Below are positions 41,392-43,115 of a stretch of DNA of 43,115 nucleotides, piece by piece. Below the pieces are notes generated by a model. That model was not told where the DNA came from. It worked only from the letters and a program-made list of their open reading frames with translations, and searched no databases. Positions within the stretch are counted from its first letter, which is position 1. The number at the start of each line of letters is the position of its first letter. The stretch comes from Candidatus Omnitrophota bacterium (lineage in GTDB: Bacteria; Omnitrophota; Gorgyraeia; 2-01-FULL-45-10), in NCBI GenBank assembly GCA_026387155.1, contig JAPLMF010000026.1:1-43115 (forward strand). Reading direction: 5' to 3'. Position numbers and translations under genes: made by a program.

Positions 41392-42966
41392 CTATTTTGC
41401 CCTGAAGAAAGAGGGTCTCGTCCTCTTCCGTAGTTCGTTCAATTCGCGAAGCAGACCTTCACAATACTTAATATCCCTCTCTATTTTCTGATCGCGCTCC
41501 TCTATTTCGCCTTTGAGCGCCTGAATAGATTCTTTTAACTCGCCCTCGGCCTTTTCCTTTTCCTGTATGGAGCTCTTCAAAACTTCTATCTCTTCCTTAA
41601 GCTTATTAGCCGCTTCTTCCGCAGTCGTCCTATCGCTTTCGCGGCGGGCTATCTCAGTTTCAAGTCCGCGCCTGGCTTCTCCGGCCGACTCTTCATACTC
41701 TTTTCTGGCTGACTCCGCCTTCTGGACCTCGAGCGCGGCAGCCTTCAGCATATCATCCAACTCTTTTTTAGAATCTTCTATCTCAATGATCCTTGAATTC
41801 TTCGCTTCTATCTCGCCCTCGAGCTGTGAAAACTTGCCTTCAAAACTCCTCTTTTCGCGCTCGAGTTCCTTCTTCTCCATCTCGGAGGTCTTTAATTTAA
41901 GCGCCGAGTCCTTTATTAGGCCCTCCGTTTCTTTGGAAAACTCCTCAGCCTCTGTGAGGCGCTTATTCTTCGCTTCTATCTCCCGGATTAGCTGCGAGAT
42001 CTTACCGTCGAGATCCTTCTTTTCGCGTTCAACCGACTGTATTTTCGCTATAAGCTCTGCTTTAGCCAACTCCACATTCTTAGAATGCACTTTATCTATA
42101 TCTCCCAGCTTCTTATCGCGGACCTCGATATCCGTCTCAAGGATGGCTATCTTTTCACCGGCGGACTTTATATTCTCTTCGGCCGCCGAAAGTTCAGCGG
42201 CAAGCGCCATCTTCGCCGTTTCGAGGGCTTTGGATTGGTTCTCGAACGCCGATATTTTCTTATCACGGGCCTTAAGCGTCTCTTCCAGCTGGGCAGACTT
42301 GTCGGACTCTTCCTTAAGTTCCTTGGTCGCCGCGTATAGCTTCGATCTTAAACTTTCAACATTGGCGGCGGCCTTATCCCTTTCTTTTTTGATCTCTTCC
42401 TTCTCGATCTCAAAACTCTTGCGGATATTTTCCGCGGCGGATATTTTTTCGTCGACTTCGTCCTGCGACCTCTCGAGCTTCCCCTGTAGGTTCTTTAACT
42501 CCTCCCGGAGACTTTCGAGATCGCCGGTAAGCTTATTGCTCTCTGCCTTGGCTTCTCCGACTTCCTGCAACAATTTTTCGCCTTCTGAGAAGGACTTGCC
42601 GACATCCCCCTCCAGACGGATAACCCTTGCCTGCAGGCCTTTCTTCGCCGTCTCAAGTTCAATCTTTTCTGCGGAAAGGGACCTATTCTCTTTTTCCAGC
42701 GCTTCAACCTTATTCTTGAGCATTGGATTCTGGATCCGGACTTCATTTACCATCGGGGCGGGGGCAACCTCTTTCGTAAAGACCTTTGCGATGCTTATGG
42801 TAGACTCCTCTTTCTTGCCCTCTTTTATGCGCTCCAGTATCTTCGACCTCATCTGATTCACATCCATAGCCGCAGAGGTCTCGGTGTAGATTGATGGGTC
42901 GGCCTTCTTAGTTTTCTTAAGCTTGGATTCTGAATTTTTTTTCAGCAGGTCAAAGATTTTACTCAT
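41392..42966 (-). CDS. Long E/K-rich coiled-coil protein, unknown function
   Basis: A 524-aa ORF with AAGGA 8 nt upstream of the ATG. Heptad-rich sequence runs almost end to end, with internal repeats (EREKKDLDGKISQLIREIEAKNKRL / EREKRSFEGKFSQLEGEIEAKNSRI). The stop lies 1 nt before the ParA-like start. Confidence 0.75.
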   Translation of the reverse strand: MSKIFDLLKKNSESKLKKTKKADPSIYTETSAAMDVNQMRSKILERIKEGKKEESTISIAKVFTKEVAPAPMVNEVRIQNPMLKNKVEALEKENRSLSAEKIELETAKKGLQARVIRLEGDVGKSFSEGEKLLQEVGEAKAESNKLTGDLESLREELKNLQGKLERSQDEVDEKISAAENIRKSFEIEKEEIKKERDKAAANVESLRSKLYAATKELKEESDKSAQLEETLKARDKKISAFENQSKALETAKMALAAELSAAEENIKSAGEKIAILETDIEVRDKKLGDIDKVHSKNVELAKAELIAKIQSVEREKKDLDGKISQLIREIEAKNKRLTEAEEFSKETEGLIKDSALKLKTSEMEKKELEREKRSFEGKFSQLEGEIEAKNSRIIEIEDSKKELDDMLKAAALEVQKAESARKEYEESAGEARRGLETEIARRESDRTTAEEAANKLKEEIEVLKSSIQEKEKAEGELKESIQALKGEIEERDQKIERDIKYCEGLLRELNELRKRTRPSFFRAK

Positions 42967-42978
42967 ATTTTTAATTCC

Positions 42979-43115
42979 TTATTTTTCGCAGAGCGCTTTA
43001 TATACTTCGGCTAATGATGCCGTGGCCTCGGAAAGCTCGGACTTTAATTTCTCGTTCTCCTCTTTCAGCGCCTCCTTGTCCTTGAGCGCCTCCTCTAATT
43101 TCTTTTTCGATGCTC
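42979..43115 (-). CDS. C-terminal end of another coiled-coil protein (5' part lies outside the window)
   Basis: Hand translation gives ...ASKKKLEEALKDKEALKEENEKLKSELSEATASLAEVYKALCEK followed by TAA at 42981-42979. Confidence 0.55.
   Translation of the reverse strand, partial: ASKKKLEEALKDKEALKEENEKLKSELSEATASLAEVYKALCEK

Noticed and set aside
41567-42856. Long plus-strand ORFs in the track: 41567..42856 (429 aa), 30232..31032, 36937..37692, 29427..30164, 21438..22190, 17065..17730, 31975..32613, 5597..6235, 8095..8637 and the shorter ones.
   Set aside because: All lie antisense to longer minus-strand ORFs that have recognisable family signatures. Their translations are S/A/F/L-rich low-complexity strings, typical of the reverse strand of E/K/A-rich genes. 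None has a recognisable motif.
1-43115. CRISPR arrays, rRNA/tRNA genes, IS elements, transposases, integrases and prophage genes.
   Set aside because: I scanned for regularly spaced direct repeats, conserved RNA motifs and DDE/tyrosine-recombinase-like ORFs and found none. The only repeats are the coding repeats listed above.

Overview
Every gene I can support is on the minus strand, and the window splits into two parts.

(A) 27.2-43.1 kb holds ordinary-looking envelope and regulatory operons:
- Two E/K-rich coiled-coil proteins, a ParA/MinD-like ATPase, a bitopic coiled-coil protein and a secreted multi-TPR protein, all translationally coupled.
- A sigma70-like promoter and a palindrome in front of a ROK-like regulator.
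- A small Zn-ribbon protein, a TolC-like outer-membrane factor, an RND adaptor (MFP) and two tandem RND permeases. The second permease is split by a 68-nt imperfect tandem duplication.

(B) 1-26,938 is an unbroken run of very large, abutting or overlapping same-strand ORFs behind one good promoter/SD:
- Their sizes are 1,923 aa, 2,701 aa, >=1,023 aa, a 145-aa fragment, 928 aa, 305 aa, and an ORF of >=1,878 codons that runs off the left edge. That last ORF is missing from the supplied track because it has no stop inside the window.
- Four junctions are demonstrably artificial gene boundaries. One falls inside the P-loop region of a SecA-like ATPase. One stop codon is created by a perfect 7-nt tandem duplication. 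Two lie in a collapsed 267-nt tandem repeat.
- I therefore read this as one giant gene of at least about 8,900 codons, still open at position 1, or as a recently fragmented version of one.

Modules I can recognise along it, in order:
- signal anchor
- possible TIKI/TraB/ChaN-like domain
- SLT-type lytic transglycosylase motif
- TM helices
- complete but divergent SecA motor
- 10-12-helix membrane domain
- TolA/TonB-like A/E/K plus poly-Pro spacer
- TPR-like helical region
- TolC/OEP-like module
- long helical region
- YD/RHS-like 89-aa repeats
- more TM clusters
- HD phosphohydrolase domain
- the start of a PLC-like/GDPD-like phosphodiesterase domain

From memory, this resembles the class of giant genes with many TM segments and divergent SecA DEAD domains reported from uncultivated Candidatus Omnitrophota. 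That taxonomic hint is an inference only.

I saw no rRNA, tRNA, CRISPR array or transposase.
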